Origin: Lingula anatina
Lineage: Eukaryota; Animalia; Brachiopoda
Direction of reading: 5' to 3'
Assembly: GCA_051362555.1 (NCBI GenBank)
Contig: CM120646.1
Span: 19,096,001-19,160,000, forward strand
Length of the DNA: 64,000 bases
The position numbers and the translations under genes were made by a program. The notes under the pieces are model-generated. The model was not told where the DNA came from. It saw nothing but the letters and a program-made list of their open reading frames with translations, and made no database searches. Position 1 is the stretch's first letter; the number at the start of each line of letters is the position of its first letter. Positions 1 to 14,299 of this stretch are shown here, piece after piece.

Positions 1-32
1 AAAAAAAAAGCAGTAAATTTTTAAACACATAC

Positions 33-99
33 CTGCTTTGGTTTTCACATAAACTGTACCATACTTGACAGTTCTTCCAATGATTTTACCCGTTAGATC
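33..99 (-). CDS. Putative internal exon of an unidentified minus-strand gene (DLTGKIIGRTVKYGTVYVKTKA; resembles the first strand of a PH domain)
   Basis: On the - strand, a T-rich tract ending tctccag as acceptor, a cag|gtatgt donor and one fully open frame over 67 nt. The VKxGxVxVK pattern only suggests a PH domain. Confidence 0.4.
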
Positions 100-455
100 C
101 TGGAGACACACACAAAAAAAAAGAGATATTACACAAATAACAATCATGGGAATATTGGGTGTATCAATAGAAATCTGTTAATCTGGGTGGGAAAACAAAG
201 TCCTGCACCAGATTAGCGGACTGTCATATGCTACATTCATAAGCCACATTAACTACACACAAAATGTCACATTTCTCTTCAAGGCTTTATGTACATGGCC
301 CCCTAAAAAAAATACAAAAACCTTCCTGACAGGTTGTTCTTTCAACTCTGTGTGCCTGCAGGCGACCGTATCCCTCAGGCAGCGAGATTTGAAGAGCAGT
401 TGACTTTTTCCTTTTGTCTGTGTTTTTGGGGCAGAAAAATCCCCCCAAAGGTTAC

Positions 456-760
456 CACAATAATAAGCAGCCTGGAGTTATGACTGACAACATGGTGGAA
501 GCTGGAAGGAACACCCAGTACATATTGCCTTGGGGGATAAGATGGATCTCAGGCTATATTTAGGCAATTGTCACCCCTGGGGGTGTGGGGGAGGGGGAGG
601 GGTTAGCACAATAATAAGCGGCCTGGAGTTATGACTGACAACAAGGGGGGGGGGGGGGGGGGGGGGAGCTGGACAGACTTGCCAAGTACAAACTGCCGCA
701 AGGCACAAGGTATCAAACTCTGTTTAGTCAACTGTCACCCTGTGGCAAGAGGAGAGGGGA
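456..760. repeat. Diverged tandem duplication, unit about 152 bp
   Basis: cacaataataagc(a/g)gcctggagttatgactgacaaca at 456 and 608, followed by alignable agctgga...cagtaca...tgtcaccc segments. Confidence 0.8.
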
Positions 761-1025
761 GAGGGAGAAATACTTCACTCAGATCAAAAAGATGTAATGA
801 GCTCTGGGGCTGAGTGGAGATGCTAGGCGGGGGCAAGGGAGGGGGTATAATCTTAACTTCAAATTGTTTTGTGCCCCATAGTGGCTGTATTCACCACATG
901 TACATATGGGACATCACCATAATTGTTGTTGTAATTTTGAAAACATGTTTTAGTTTCATTACAAACAAATTCATCTCTCAAGTCCAGAGTCAATGCTTTA
1001 TGATATAATATATTATCAAGACTAA

Positions 1026-1250
1026 GACCCCATTCCCATATATTTTAGATCGATCTATCCTTATGGGGAGTCTCACTAGATTACTGTCAGCTTAGCCCGC
1101 TTAAGCGTCTGTCCCGCCTACTAAAAGCTGTAAGGGGGTAATTAACTATGGTGCATGCTCGGCTGACTGCAATTTAGCGTGAACCCCCAGGGAGTTAGGT
1201 CGATCTAAATCTAAATCTCTGGATCGATCTAAATCTCTAGGAATGTACCC
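1026..1250. mobile_element. PIF/Harbinger-like MITE, about 225 bp
   Basis: TAA on both sides (1023-1025 and 1251-1253). Imperfect terminal inverted repeats cattcc...tttagatcgatc and gatcgatctaaat...ggaatg. CpGs are retained in a CpG-poor context. Confidence 0.6.
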
Positions 1251-2488
1251 TAAATGACATACTAAGCTTATGCAGCATTTAAAAATTATTCTTAATTCTA
1301 TATCAAGTAACAAACTGCTCACAGCAACTGACAGAAAGATTTCAACTGGATGTCAAACCTATGAATTTCAAATATCATTTTCAGTTCTCTACTGCTTTCT
1401 CCTTTTCCACATCCTACTTGATGGAAAACATTGCCAGTACGCTGACAGTGACAGAAATTTCAGAAACAGACATCAAAAGATTTGCTGTCAGGAAATTCCG
1501 CAAATATGCACTGAGGTTTTTTGTTGTTTCCCTTTTCTTTTTGGTACTGCTTATTCACTGATTAAAATCAAACAATGGGCTATCTTTCTTGTCCAATGAT
1601 ATGCCAAACATTCCTGGCAGTTTATTCACAATATTTTCCAGGAACAACATATTGCCTTTCTTTTTCAAGGTGCGAGGACGAATATTTGCTATAAGTGAAT
1701 GAGTCCAAAATCTGAAATTTCTTTGTATTGGATAAAATCAGAAAAGTTGTCATTATGTTTTTTTTTTATCAATAAAAATAAAATTAGGAAGAAGAAGAAG
1801 AACCAACTTGTAATCGGCTAAAAATTGAGAACTGTCTCCAGAACCATATCATGTATTGTCAATGACAACAACAATAACTTCAATTTCAGTCAATCAGAAT
1901 CAGCCATTTGTCTGTAAGTTTAAACTTTCCTATATTTCTATAAATCCAATCATGATAATATTAACATTACTAACAACAACAGCACTGGATTGTTGACCAC
2001 ATACATTCTGCTGCCCTCACCACGTTTCTCTCAGCTGTGTAAGCAACATTTCTTCTTACACATCAATCAGCAAAAATGAAGGTTATGAAAGCTTTTGTCT
2101 CCAGTCTCTCTCCAAGCAATGGCTAAATACATATTTTCTTGTCTCTAAAATCACACAAGTTTTCTGTCTATAGATCATTTGCCCTCATTCCGTACCCGAG
2201 GCATTTTCTTTTGCTCTTAAAATCAAATTTGTTTTTGTCTCAAGGACATGAAAAATTGAACTTTAACTCTGCAACCACTTGAAATATGTTTTCTGTCTCT
2301 GGGATTCAATATGCAGAGTGGCATAACATATTGTCATTACTACCATAATCTATTTCCTCTAGCCTAGATACTGTACAAAACATAAGAATGCGTCTGCCTT
2401 TATGTTTGCTGTGGGAGATATGGCAGTATTGTTAAGCTTTGGAAAAGAACAGAAAGAATGCATTGAAATATGAAAATACTATCTTTTT

Positions 2489-2527
<39 letters not shown>

Positions 2528-3242
2528 CAAAAATGTATCCTGAATAATGAAACTGATTACTGACCTTCATACAAAACCACTATTGAGCAAGTGTTTAGAC
2601 CTCTGCCATGGTAAAATGAGAATTATAATAAAAGTTATCTATCAAATTTTTAATATATCTTGTCCACTAACAATCCAACTGATGCTGATAAAAACTTCCT
2701 TGACTAGCAGAGGTAATAGCATTCAAACTAAGAACCCCAGAACCTGATGTCCAGCTTTTATTCAATTTGTAATCAGCAGGTGTTTATCTTGTCTTCACAG
2801 TAAAAAGGATATTGCAATCACTAGACAGGGAGGAAGTTATTTACCAGCAAGGCACTCTAGAGGCACCCTGGGTAACACTGCTTTCTCAGTGCAGCAGCTT
2901 GATGAAGGTTTCCATATACAACCTGCTAAAATGATCTTTATTACCAAAAACTGTATTTATCTATAAGTGCAACTGGAAAAATGCCCATCCAACATTTCTG
3001 CTATGCCACATTACTGACTTTAAGAAGAAGATAAAATGAAAATGGGGGTCAAAATCAGCAGATAAATAAAAGAAAAAGGCGAAAAATAGCCATCATATTT
3101 TGCCCAGCCATAAAACTGTAGTACATGTACTTATCCACTCCATTTTTTTTTTCAAATTTTTCCTTATTCACAAGGCAGACTTTTGATATACATCTCTCAC
3201 TAAAAGTCTAAAAGTTACATTCAGTTGTATGTATCAGACTTC

Positions 3243-3291
<49 letters not shown>

Positions 3292-6200
3292 AGCATTATC
3301 TTGTTAGAGAAGACTGCCTTTCTCAGCAGACTGTGATTTTAGGGTGTGGCCACAATTTTACCCAGAGTTTCAGAGTTGTCAGAGAAATATGCTATTTTTT
3401 GTAACTGGAAAGTTGGAGGGTATTTTCAACCAATAATGTCTGGAGGTCAGGGTAGCCAGGCTTGTGTCTGCACCCAAGAAGGTGCCACAGGCTGCATCTT
3501 TGCTAATTTGGCTTTAATCAAAGATTACTTTTTTGGCGAGTTCATAGGAAGTGCACCTTCACCTGGAATATGTCTATTGGTAAATGAAAGTGACCTGTTG
3601 GGATGGACCATGAGGAGAGTGGGGGAGAGAGAGAGAGAGAGGAAATGAACAGTGATTTACTCTATGTTAATTTTAAATAACATAAAAACATTAAAATAAG
3701 CAGTGCTAAGCAAACGCAATATAACATTCAAGACAAAAGAAGTTTAGTATAAATTCCCTATCTTACTGATTTACTTAAATAATCTGATCTAGAAAAAGCA
3801 GACCTAAACTGGCAAATACTCATAAAAACACAAGTTCCAGTAAAAAAATATATTTTGTTCATTATAACCAGCATACTTGTGACATCAGGTTTCTTTCCCA
3901 GAATAACTCTTTCCAGAGAACAGCAACCTCAGAATTATCGAGAAACTGACACTGTTGACTGCAGTGATATGAGCACAGTCTGTGTGACACTGTTTAAGTC
4001 AAGCACCATTAGGTGTGTGTGTTCCTTCCTTTGTAAATATGCTCCAGACTGGGGAACAATCAAGATACATAATAGTTGTGTACTTTTGACTTTTATGAGG
4101 ACTAACTGTTCCTTCAATTGTCAACAGAACTCGGGAAAGATGTTTGACTAAAGGCCCAATCAAACCTTCCTATTTTCTCCAGTCTAGGATGTAACAATTA
4201 ATATTATGGGAGATTGTGGATAGGGAAGCATTTGAATTAATGTACACTATTAATTTACATTTTACTCTATAATAAAAGCAATACAGTAATTTTTGTTGCT
4301 GTTCTGATTCAAAAACTATTCATCAGCACAGGTAATACATACCTGGAACCATCTGGTACCATCATAATCAGCTTATTCCAATTTCATACAATGTTTTGAT
4401 CTTATTCTACTTACATTATTCCATGTCTTTTTCACTATAGTAAATATAAAGTCAGTAAAACATCATCCTTTCATTCCGTTCAGTTTCAAACACACACAAA
4501 CACACACACACATACACACAGTGTCACACACACACACTGACAGAAATGACACACACAAGCATAAACAGATACACAGTGACACATATGCATAGTCACATTA
4601 TTCTTACAGGTGTTGCATGATTATCTTGTGCTATTACTGCCATAGCTATATGCTATGTTTATATCTCTTCCTTATGTACATTTACTTACCTGGAAATCTG
4701 TTCACATGTGTTTCATTCAGTCTTGCTATTCAGGCAGCAGCTATTGATCCTGAAGTTAACAAACCTATTCATAAAACTCGCGGCAAAAAAAGATTCCTTT
4801 CTTTCAAATCAAGCAAAATCTTTATTCTGTTGGTAATTCTGGCAGCCTCTGGGCTTTCAGTGCACTCACTAGTATTTAGTATTGTGTTATGGATCAGATA
4901 GCAGTGAGGTGAGCAGGTCTCAATGGACTGATCAAAGATTGGGGATCAATTACCAAAACAGGTCCCTGACCACATCAAAGGGGAAAATGCTCAATGCTTG
5001 GAGACAACAATTTTAGGTATTTGCAGAACAATTAATTCCAATTTCTACTAAAGTATCTAAAAATTTTTTTTTTTCTATCTGAAAGGTTATATTGAAATTG
5101 AAATGGGAAATGCATTTCTGTTGCTCAAGGATCCCTATAATCTTTTTTTTTTCTTGTAATAAATCATGCTATTTAGATATAAAAAACTTGAGAAAAAAGG
5201 AAAATTCATAAATTTCATACATTATAAACAGCAGAAAAAATATAAGAAAACATTCACAATATATATTCTTTTCTCCATGAAGTTCTTAAATTGATTACAT
5301 TTCTATCACATATCCATATAATTTCAATTGGATGACATTTAATTAATTAATTAATTTATTATTGTAATAATTTTTTTTATTGGGGGGGGGGGGGGGTAGA
5401 AAACAGTATGCCATCAGTCTTCCCAGCCCTGCTCCCCCTTCCTGTCCTCCCTCCCACTCCCACTGTACCACCGTGGGAATCTGAATCTGTGCGGTCAGGT
5501 CGCTTTTTCAGTCTTTTCTCCTCTCACTATTTACTCTATTATTCCAGCATTATTCAAACTATTACCATAAACACACGGCGATGAACAGAACCAAAACGGG
5601 TCAAAGGCACCTAAATATTGTTGTTTGATTTTGGGAATGGGTATCAAAATTACATTGCACAAATATTGACCAATAAGGCAACAATGGAGACAAAGGCGGG
5701 GTTGAGGTAGTAAGGAAGGATTATGGTGACTCTCAGGGTAAGGAGCTTGGGAGAACACGACACTCAGGTAGTTGTTGTTTACCAAATGATTAATTTCCTG
5801 ATTGGTCCTGTGTGCTTTTTGAAATATGGCACTTTGAAGCAAGGTCACCCTCAGACACATTTATTATGAAAGTAACTGATTTTTTGAGAATTATGAAATC
5901 ATAACACCTGTAGAAGTCTGCAGGCACAATTTAAGAACGTTTGCTGTGTTATTGGGTATCAATCCCTCCACTAAAATCTGGTTTTACCAATTCCATAAGA
6001 AAGTTTCCAAAAACATTCGTAAAATACCACTTTAGTATAATCTGGCACATTTAGTCAACTTAAAATACACATTTTCACATGCTACATTGATGCCCACCTT
6101 TCACAGTTAAGGTGTCATTGTGACTCAGACTTTCATAGATCTCCTTAGAATTCATTTGTATTACAAGTAATTAAGACCCTTTTTTAATCACTTTTTAGGA

Positions 6201-7003
6201 CTTAACCCCGACCTTAAAATTCCCAGAAAGCACTTAGCTTGGGAAAAAGATAAAGCAAGTCTCTTAGGCACCACCAGAGGGATTTGATAATCCATGTGGA
6301 ATGTCAAAATGAATTGGATTTAGAAAATCACTCAGACTCCATTTAAGTGTTAAAAGCCTGTAAAAGAAAAGGATTAATTTAGACAAAGTTGTAAAAATCT
6401 CTCCAAAATGCTGTTTTATAGGTCATGAAAGCTATCTAAAGATTAATAATTTTCTCTTTTTTTTTTTCTTAAATTTTTGTATGCATATTTCAAACAAGAA
6501 TTATGAACTTTCAGAAGCAGTTAAAACTATGATATGATGGTATCTTCAGACTATTGAATATTTCTGAAATATAATGAAATGTTTTTAATACTGCACATTG
6601 TAACATTGGCCAATGCAGATCCATCTCCTCTTATCTTCAAAATAATATCAATTACACATATCTGCATCTGTGTAAATAATTCAAGTGAACAGAACGATGA
6701 GTAATTTTTGAGAGTAAAAAAAAAAAAAAAAAAAAAAAAAACAGCTGTCAATTTGCTTAAATATCAGTATTTATTTTAAACTTCTTCAGATTTTTTCTGA
6801 GCGAGTACACACCACATGGGTCAAGGGTATGATTGATAGTCATGAGCTCTGTGGCCAGCGAACAGAGAAATCAAACTCTTGTCCATGTCAAGTGGTATTT
6901 GGTTGTGGTCAGGGCTGTAGACAGAACAGACCATGGACTTGTCTGAGGGCATGGTTGGTTTATTGACAGCAGTCAGAAAAACTATGCTCCATCAATAAAT
7001 CTT

Positions 7004-7006
<3 letters not shown>

Positions 7007-7049
<43 letters not shown>
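7007..7049. repeat. (CT)n microsatellite
   Basis: Direct observation. Confidence 0.95.
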
Positions 7050-7051
<2 letters not shown>

Positions 7052-7663
7052 AAAATTTCAAAATTAATCTTTGGTGGATAAATATCAAACAAACATTTAC
7101 TTCGGACTACTCAGCCTCAAACTTTTATCATTCGCAAAGAACCATGTACCAACTGCTACATGTAACAAGCAACTTCCTGTCAGACACTCATAACAGCCCT
7201 ATCTATCACCTCATGTCATTTCACATTTCATTGTTCAACAAAGATGATTATATTCTGATCATCTGCTCCACTGAAATTGGAAGACCATTTTAATGTCCAG
7301 ACAAGCACTTGAACTGCTGTCTAGGGTTCTAACTTATACATCAAATCTGGTCTCCTTTGCTCATTGGATGTTTGTGGTTATATGATGAGGGAAGCATTTT
7401 ATGCTGTGTTACTTAGGTGATTTTGATTTATTGAATTCTTTTAAGAAAAAACTTTTTGAGCCATGATAAAAATGAAGAATAAATACCTCATTTACATTGC
7501 TCATTTTTAACAGTTCTGTTGCTCATTTAGGCAGTACTAATGCTTTTGAATTCCATATGGATATATCTGATTTAATATCAAAACAGACAACATTTTGTTA
7601 ATGTACTGATGTAACTTAAAAAATAGGGAAAAAAGACAAAAAAGGAAAGAAATCAATACCCAC

Positions 7664-7705
7664 CTGCAGATTTTTTTCCAAAGGGGACCTTTTTTCCAAG
7701 AATTT
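7664..7705 (-). other. Candidate 42-nt exon of the minus-strand gene
   Basis: Strong acceptor cttttcttttattatttcag and donor cag|gtgggt. The phase-0 frame is open (KFLEKRSPLEKNLQ). No homology support. Confidence 0.25.
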
Positions 7706-10700
7706 CTGAAATAATAAAAGAAAAGTGTGATATCAAGTGATAAAATTAATATCTAAAGGTAAAATTTCAAACAAACAGTTTTTCAGGCCAGAACTTACTT
7801 ATTTAACTGTTAGAACCCAAATAAATATTCTAGGTATATCTTATATCATTAGGCTGCAATCAAGTATCTTTCTCTTCTTTTTCAATCCTAAGTCTATTTG
7901 TCAAGACATTCTTGGTTCCTATTTATGTGACTTCAAGATAAACCAGTCATAGGTCCAGGTGATAGTGTTATCAACTAATATTAATATACAAACCTCTATT
8001 ATAAAACAACAATAAAACAAACAATACCTAACAATATACCTAGATGTCTGTGGTATTGATATTAAATCAGGACATTGCCCTCTATTATAAGACAATGTGA
8101 CCTCATACAACTGACAAAACAGTAATTTTATTTTGGTTATTCACAATTCTATTCAACTAGAAACGGTTATGACAAATGTTTTTAACCATCAATTACAAAA
8201 TACAAACTGAGTGCTTATAGTAGCAAAAATATGTCACAAAATAAAGATTTCTTATGTAAAACAAAAAAGAAAGAAAAGAAAAAGAAAGCCACTCTTCCTA
8301 TGTCTTGCAGCTTTCTCACCTCTGACCCAAGCAGCTGTTAAGGCACACAACTGTCAATGGCTGTGGGATCAATACAAACACCACTATTGTCACTTCAAAT
8401 TGTTTATCTGTGCTCTGAGATGTTTTTGGATCAACAAAGTATGAAAGGAAAAAACAACCACGCCACAGGAACAGTCGGTGTTTTCTCATTGGACATCAGA
8501 ATACTTGGGGATGGGAAGAACCGCAGATTTCTTGGTTGCCATTAGAACCCTTAAGTATTGTTTTTAATTTGAAAAGTGAAGTACAATCACAATACCTTGC
8601 AGGTGTTATAAATAAGAAGACAGATCTGAAAATGTGCCAAAATATATGTTGCAATATATATAATATCAGATAAATGTAATTAGTAATCCATAAACACGAG
8701 TGCTACAGGACTGAAGTTATTATGTAAATTTTTACATGTTATAAAAATCAAATGCATCATGCTAAGAATAAATAAAGCAAAATTATGATCAGCTGGTCTT
8801 ATTGCATACTGTATTTGCTAAAATATTGTCCTAATAATGCAAAGGTAAACAGAAATTATCAGTAAAAAATTAATCAAATAAAAGTTTCACATAGACGTCA
8901 TAACAGTAACTACATGTAAAAGGCCAGCATACACAAGTGTTTTTCTATAGTTACATTTGAAAATTCTACTCAAAACTGAATACAATATAACAATATTTTG
9001 GATTATAGCTGTGGACAACCAAAACTATGTTACAAACAATATCACACCTATAATTGTTTCACGATAGGTCAACACAGGAAATGATTTCTGTCCTGTGTAA
9101 ATTGGGCCAACGTGTTCCCTGAATGGGATATTGTCCCCTTGGCATGATCAGACCCCATTTATTTTCAATAAGAAATTCTGTCACTTATTATAACACAATT
9201 ACTCAGACAAACACGACCCATTACCATAAATATTTAAAAACGCAGTAGAATAACTGTAATAATTAAACCAACAAAGTAACAGACATATAGGGCAAGATAT
9301 GACCACAATTATACCCATGGTATGACAACAAAAAGGTGATACAAAGTAGCATGACCCCTGCAGAATGCCATTTTGGCAAAGATAACTCTAGAGACAAAAA
9401 TGCAAAATGCCACGCCTGCCACTCAACTGATTGTCCATTGGCAATGCCATTGAAAATCTTATGTTGTGGTACATTGAGTGCCACACCTATAAATTCAATT
9501 GATAAATACTTTGTCATTGTGTTTCCTGACAAAATATGGCAAATGCCCATTTCATTTTTAACCTTAAAATAAACATCAATGAAGACAACATCTGGGCAAA
9601 TAAATAAGGTGAAGGTAATTACTGTGCCATGATCTTGAGTTTCAAACTACAAAACTTAAAAAAGATAAAGTAAAACTTCTTGGGATAAAGAACAAATTTT
9701 GACCAAAAAAGCTGCTGCACTGCTATGCCACTGATGAGACATTGAACAGCTTGTGCTGACACCTATTGGGGCTTAAATGAACAACCGTCTATCTTGACTG
9801 TCTTAGGACAACATATATTTCCCTTTTGATATAATGTTTACAAACTAAAGTGCATTATGTTGGACCAGATTAAAATTGTATTTCAGATTATAAATAAACA
9901 TTTTATATCCATAACCTGCTTCTCAATATATTGACATACATACATTAGTGATTCTAAATTCAGAAATTTTATAAAAATTAACAAACCCTCACAACACCAT
10001 ATACAAGTGCCTTTGCACTGTGTCTTTTCTAACAAATATGCCTATTTCATTACCTCAGTATTTACATTTTTGGAAAAAATTGATACCTTCCTAATGTAAG
10101 TATTTAGCTCTTAGCCAAATACTCCCTTTTTATTTCAAGATTGCTCTTACAAATTTGTACTTCACACTTAGGTCATGGTATGGCTATGCAAGATTTCTGG
10201 GAATTTGGGAGAATGTTTCTTGGTTGCATTCACAGAATTTTTTGTTTGGGTTGGGTAGCTTGCATTCCATGGAGGGAATTCCTCTTCACCAGACTGGCAT
10301 CCAGATAACTTTCTTGCTACCAATCTTCTAAAACTCTCATCAACTGTGCAGTGAATTTTTTAATTTTCCTGAGTTTTCTTGATTGGAATTAAAATTCTCT
10401 TTTTTATAAATAAAACCCAAATATCATTTCTTTCTGCAATTTTGTAATCTAAAATTTCTTCATGTGTCCTTATTATTTTCAGGAAGTCATCATTCTTCTG
10501 GATTTAAGGTATTATAATCAAACACTACAACTATATAAACCATGTTCAATTCTGAACTTACATTTTTGTAAGCAGTGCTCACCTCAGGAATGTTCAGATC
10601 CATTTTAAAGATTGATGACTTCAATAAAAGGAGTCATTAAATCTAAACTTCTCACACTTGATGACAAACTTGTCTTTTAACCTTGTGATCAACAATGATG

Positions 10701-10976
10701 AAGTACTTTCTGAACTTTGTTAATAGCTATTGTCCACAAAAACTAAAATAGCAGCTTCACTCAATTACCCCTTCTGTTACCAGGTGTTACATATTGGTAC
10801 AATGGTACCAACCTAACTGAGAAAATATGTGGAATAAGCAAATCCCATGACTTGCTCTTACTGTTACTGTAATAACCTTTTTTTTTTTTTGAAATATCAA
10901 AACAGTTACTGATAGCTATTTCATCGAAATGTGTTTTTCTTTTTTTAAACACCATTGCTGTACTTGTCTAATGAAC

Positions 10977-11057
10977 TGCTGCCATCTATTGGTAGTCACT
11001 GAATGCAAGATGTTTCAGTCATGAAAGAGATTTTGAATTCACCAATAGGGGGCAGCA
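10977..11057. promoter_or_regulatory. Divergent pair of CTCF-like motifs
   Basis: - strand CCAATAGATGGCAGCA (10977-10992) and + strand CCAATAGGGGGCAGCA (11042-11057). Both fit the CCASYAGRKGGCRS core except at position 4. Confidence 0.55.
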
Positions 11058-11417
11058 CTATAACATAGCTTCAGGGCAGCAGAGGATTCCAGTGTGTGCT
11101 CATGTGAAACAGTTGTGTTTCTTGGCTTGTTTGAAAGAAAAAGAAATGCTACAAAATTGACTGTAGCATATGTGACAAAATTAAATCAAGAGAAGCCTAC
11201 AACGTACAAGTGGCACAGAAGTAATTGGTCCTTTCAACTGCTCTGTACTGTTTGAGTATTTTTCAAGGGAAATTTCCTATAACAGGATGGTCTTTATTCT
11301 AAAATGATCAGTATTAGGTGTTCTTGAGACCAGCAAAGAGGTCAGCAAAGGGTCAACCCCAGAGAATCCACATATTAAAACTAATATATTTCAAAAGGCA
11401 AAATGTGGTGTGTACGA

Positions 11418-11672
11418 AATTTTGAAATACAATTTCAGGGTTTTAACCATCAAAGAACAATTCCCTGAACTGGTGAGATATGATATCAGCTATTGTTTTG
11501 AAGAAACCATTATTGTAACATTCAATTTTGAAATACAATTTCAGGGTTTTAACCATCAAAGAACAATTTTGAAATACAATTTCAGGGTTTTAACCATCAA
11601 AGAACAATTCCCTGAACTGGTGAGATATGATATCAGCTATTGTTCTGAAGAAACCAATATTGTAACATTCAA
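11418..11672. repeat. Recent near-perfect tandem duplication, AB-A-AB structure
   Basis: ttttgaaatacaatttcagggttttaaccatcaaagaacaa occurs three times. The following block of about 64 bp occurs twice with 2 mismatches. Confidence 0.9.
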
Positions 11673-14299
11673 ACTTCTGCATTAAATAACTGAATTTATG
11701 AAATATTTAATACTTTGTATTTTGACTCTATTTTAGTTTCATTTCATAAAATATAATATCTAATATGCAATGACTGATACCCTGCTATTCCACCAATCCA
11801 AAACGGTATTTAACTTTTTTCAATCTATAGCCTCCATATGAAAAAATCTGCATAACCTGGCTGTGTAACGTATATGCAAACTTTTTTTTTTCTTTTTCCT
11901 TTCTTTTCCTTTTTTAACTATGCTCTACTGGTAAATATACTAAGTACATGTTTTGAAAGCCATCTCTAGATGATGCATGTGATAAACTATTTTATCTGGT
12001 CAAAATGATAGAGATATAAGTCACTGGGCCAATATTACAAATTCTCTACATGCTGGAGTCCAGATGCCCTGGTCATCTTCATGGCCTGGAAAGCATTTTC
12101 CCCGAATTCTGAGTATTTTATGTAAAAGATACGAGGGCAAGGTATACACATTACCAAAAAATTCTGTGAATCTTCCTACTCACCTCCGAACTTTTTATAT
12201 CTGAAGAACTTGCAAAATGTGAGGTGCTTGAATGGCATCTAATACGCACACGCCCAAAACTATCCACTATCTGGGCTCTGTCACTTTTGGTATTTTAGTG
12301 ATTATCAACGATAACAAATTCTTACTTAACTGTTTGATCTATAATTGTCTTTTCTTTCAAATTTTCCTCCATGAATTGTTTGTAACACTTCTGCAACTTT
12401 CCCTTTTGAATGACAACAGATTACACATCAAAAACAGAGATATAAAATGTTGCTCTCATCTGAGTCAGATTTTTTATCCTAAACAATTTCAGTACAGCAT
12501 GGTATTTCCAAGCTAACTGTTGTAAATATTTGTAAAAGAAAGAAACCAAAGGTCTTTAAATTCTCAAACATCCTTGTTAACATGTTTATATATATCATTA
12601 GTTATTTGTGCTTTAAGTTTTCTAGAAAAATGTAATTTTTTTACATCTGCATTTTTCAAGAAGAAAAATGCTCTTTATTTATTGTTTTAAAAATATTCAA
12701 CCTCTCATGATGATTCCATCTTAAACAGCTGTATTACCAATGCTTACATACTACTTTTTCAGTCTTTAAAAAGATCCAAGAGGTCTTTAAAATGGTAAAA
12801 AGTACATATTTATTGTTTCTCTCCATTGCTGTTTCATCTTATTTCCATGGTCACGTTCCGCTCAGCTTCATCCCTTCTCTATGTTGCCAGGTTTGTACAC
12901 TTCATAAAAGCATGGTGGGTCCACTTTTACAACATGACTTTTGACTAGTTAAGAAACTGGCCTCAGATGGTTTAGGAAGTGACAAAAAGGAGGTTAAGAA
13001 AAGTGCTTTTTTTTTTTTTTTTTTTTTTTGCATCATCTCTTCTTTACCAAAATTACCATATTAACATAAGTTTGTTAGCAAAATGCATTTAAAATAATCG
13101 GTTTTCTCTTTATAGATTCATATATGTTGATTCATGTTTTGCTCTTTCATTTTTTTCTCAAGGGGTGTGTTGGTATGATGATATTTTATGTTGAAAGTTG
13201 AATGTACAAAAGATAGATATGCCATACACATTTTCCAGCAGGCAACTATAAGCATGAAACAAATAGCAGAATAAAACATGTTATAAATTAAATTAGTCCA
13301 AATGAAACTGCTTTATAGTGAAAGTGATTTTTTATAGTAATAAATACACTGACCTTTACTTATTTAGAGAAATAGACTCGGATACATCCTGCTGCCAAAT
13401 GACCTATTTGAAAACATTTGTTATTGTAAATTGACTGCAGGCAAAGCTGATTAACCAGTGTATAGTTTTTGGATGCTAAACACTCCAATTGAAATTATTT
13501 TTTTACTAAAAGGAATATTAAAAACAATCTGCTTAAAAAAGGCCAAAGATAAGAACAGAAAAAGACTGACAGCTAAAACACTTGTGCTTAAGTTCAGTGA
13601 AGTGCTGTAATATTTATATATACTCTATGCGTGATCACTTTCATTCATCTATGCAAATCGACATTTAAATAGCATTTCAGACTGAAAATATTGAAAATAG
13701 AACTGGATGAGAAAATAAAACAGTTGATCCCTGCACAAACATACAGAAGAAAGCAAAATTTCAAATCATTGTTGCATTTTGTGCAAACACACAAAAGTTT
13801 CAAATTTATTACTGAACTTCCAATGTTTTAACCACAGTGCAATATCATCATGCATACAACACTTTATTTCCCCTTGCTGCCTACGGTATAAAAGATCTAC
13901 TACTAGTAAAAGTTTAATTCCAAAGCTTAGCTCTTAGTTAACTCTGTAACTTTTGGACAACACCACAGATACACCATCTACTGTCAGCTGAGGAAACATG
14001 ATTCATCTAAAAAGTGAAACACAGTTTGTAACTTGGGTGTCAAGGCAACAGATCACCTTGCAGATCATCCCAAGATAAAAATCAGTCTGTGTGTGATGGC
14101 AATTAAATTTACAGGAACAGATGTAATTGAATCTTTCACCACACAGAACACTGATGTTATCTCCTCCCCTCACACCTGCCATAGAGCACTGTACACCATA
14201 AAACTGTCCAGGGAGCATTTAACTAAACTGTTAACTGCTTATATTAAATTAGGCTGCTATTTTTGGATCTCACCTTAATTTGATGACTCAATTAAAACT

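Noticed and set aside
5531-5860. 109-aa minus-strand ORF as an exon of the upstream gene
   Set aside because: No recognisable domain and no convincing phase-compatible splice sites.
11410-11685. 91-aa ORF with internal repeats
   Set aside because: It results from a tandem DNA duplication, with no splice or homology support.
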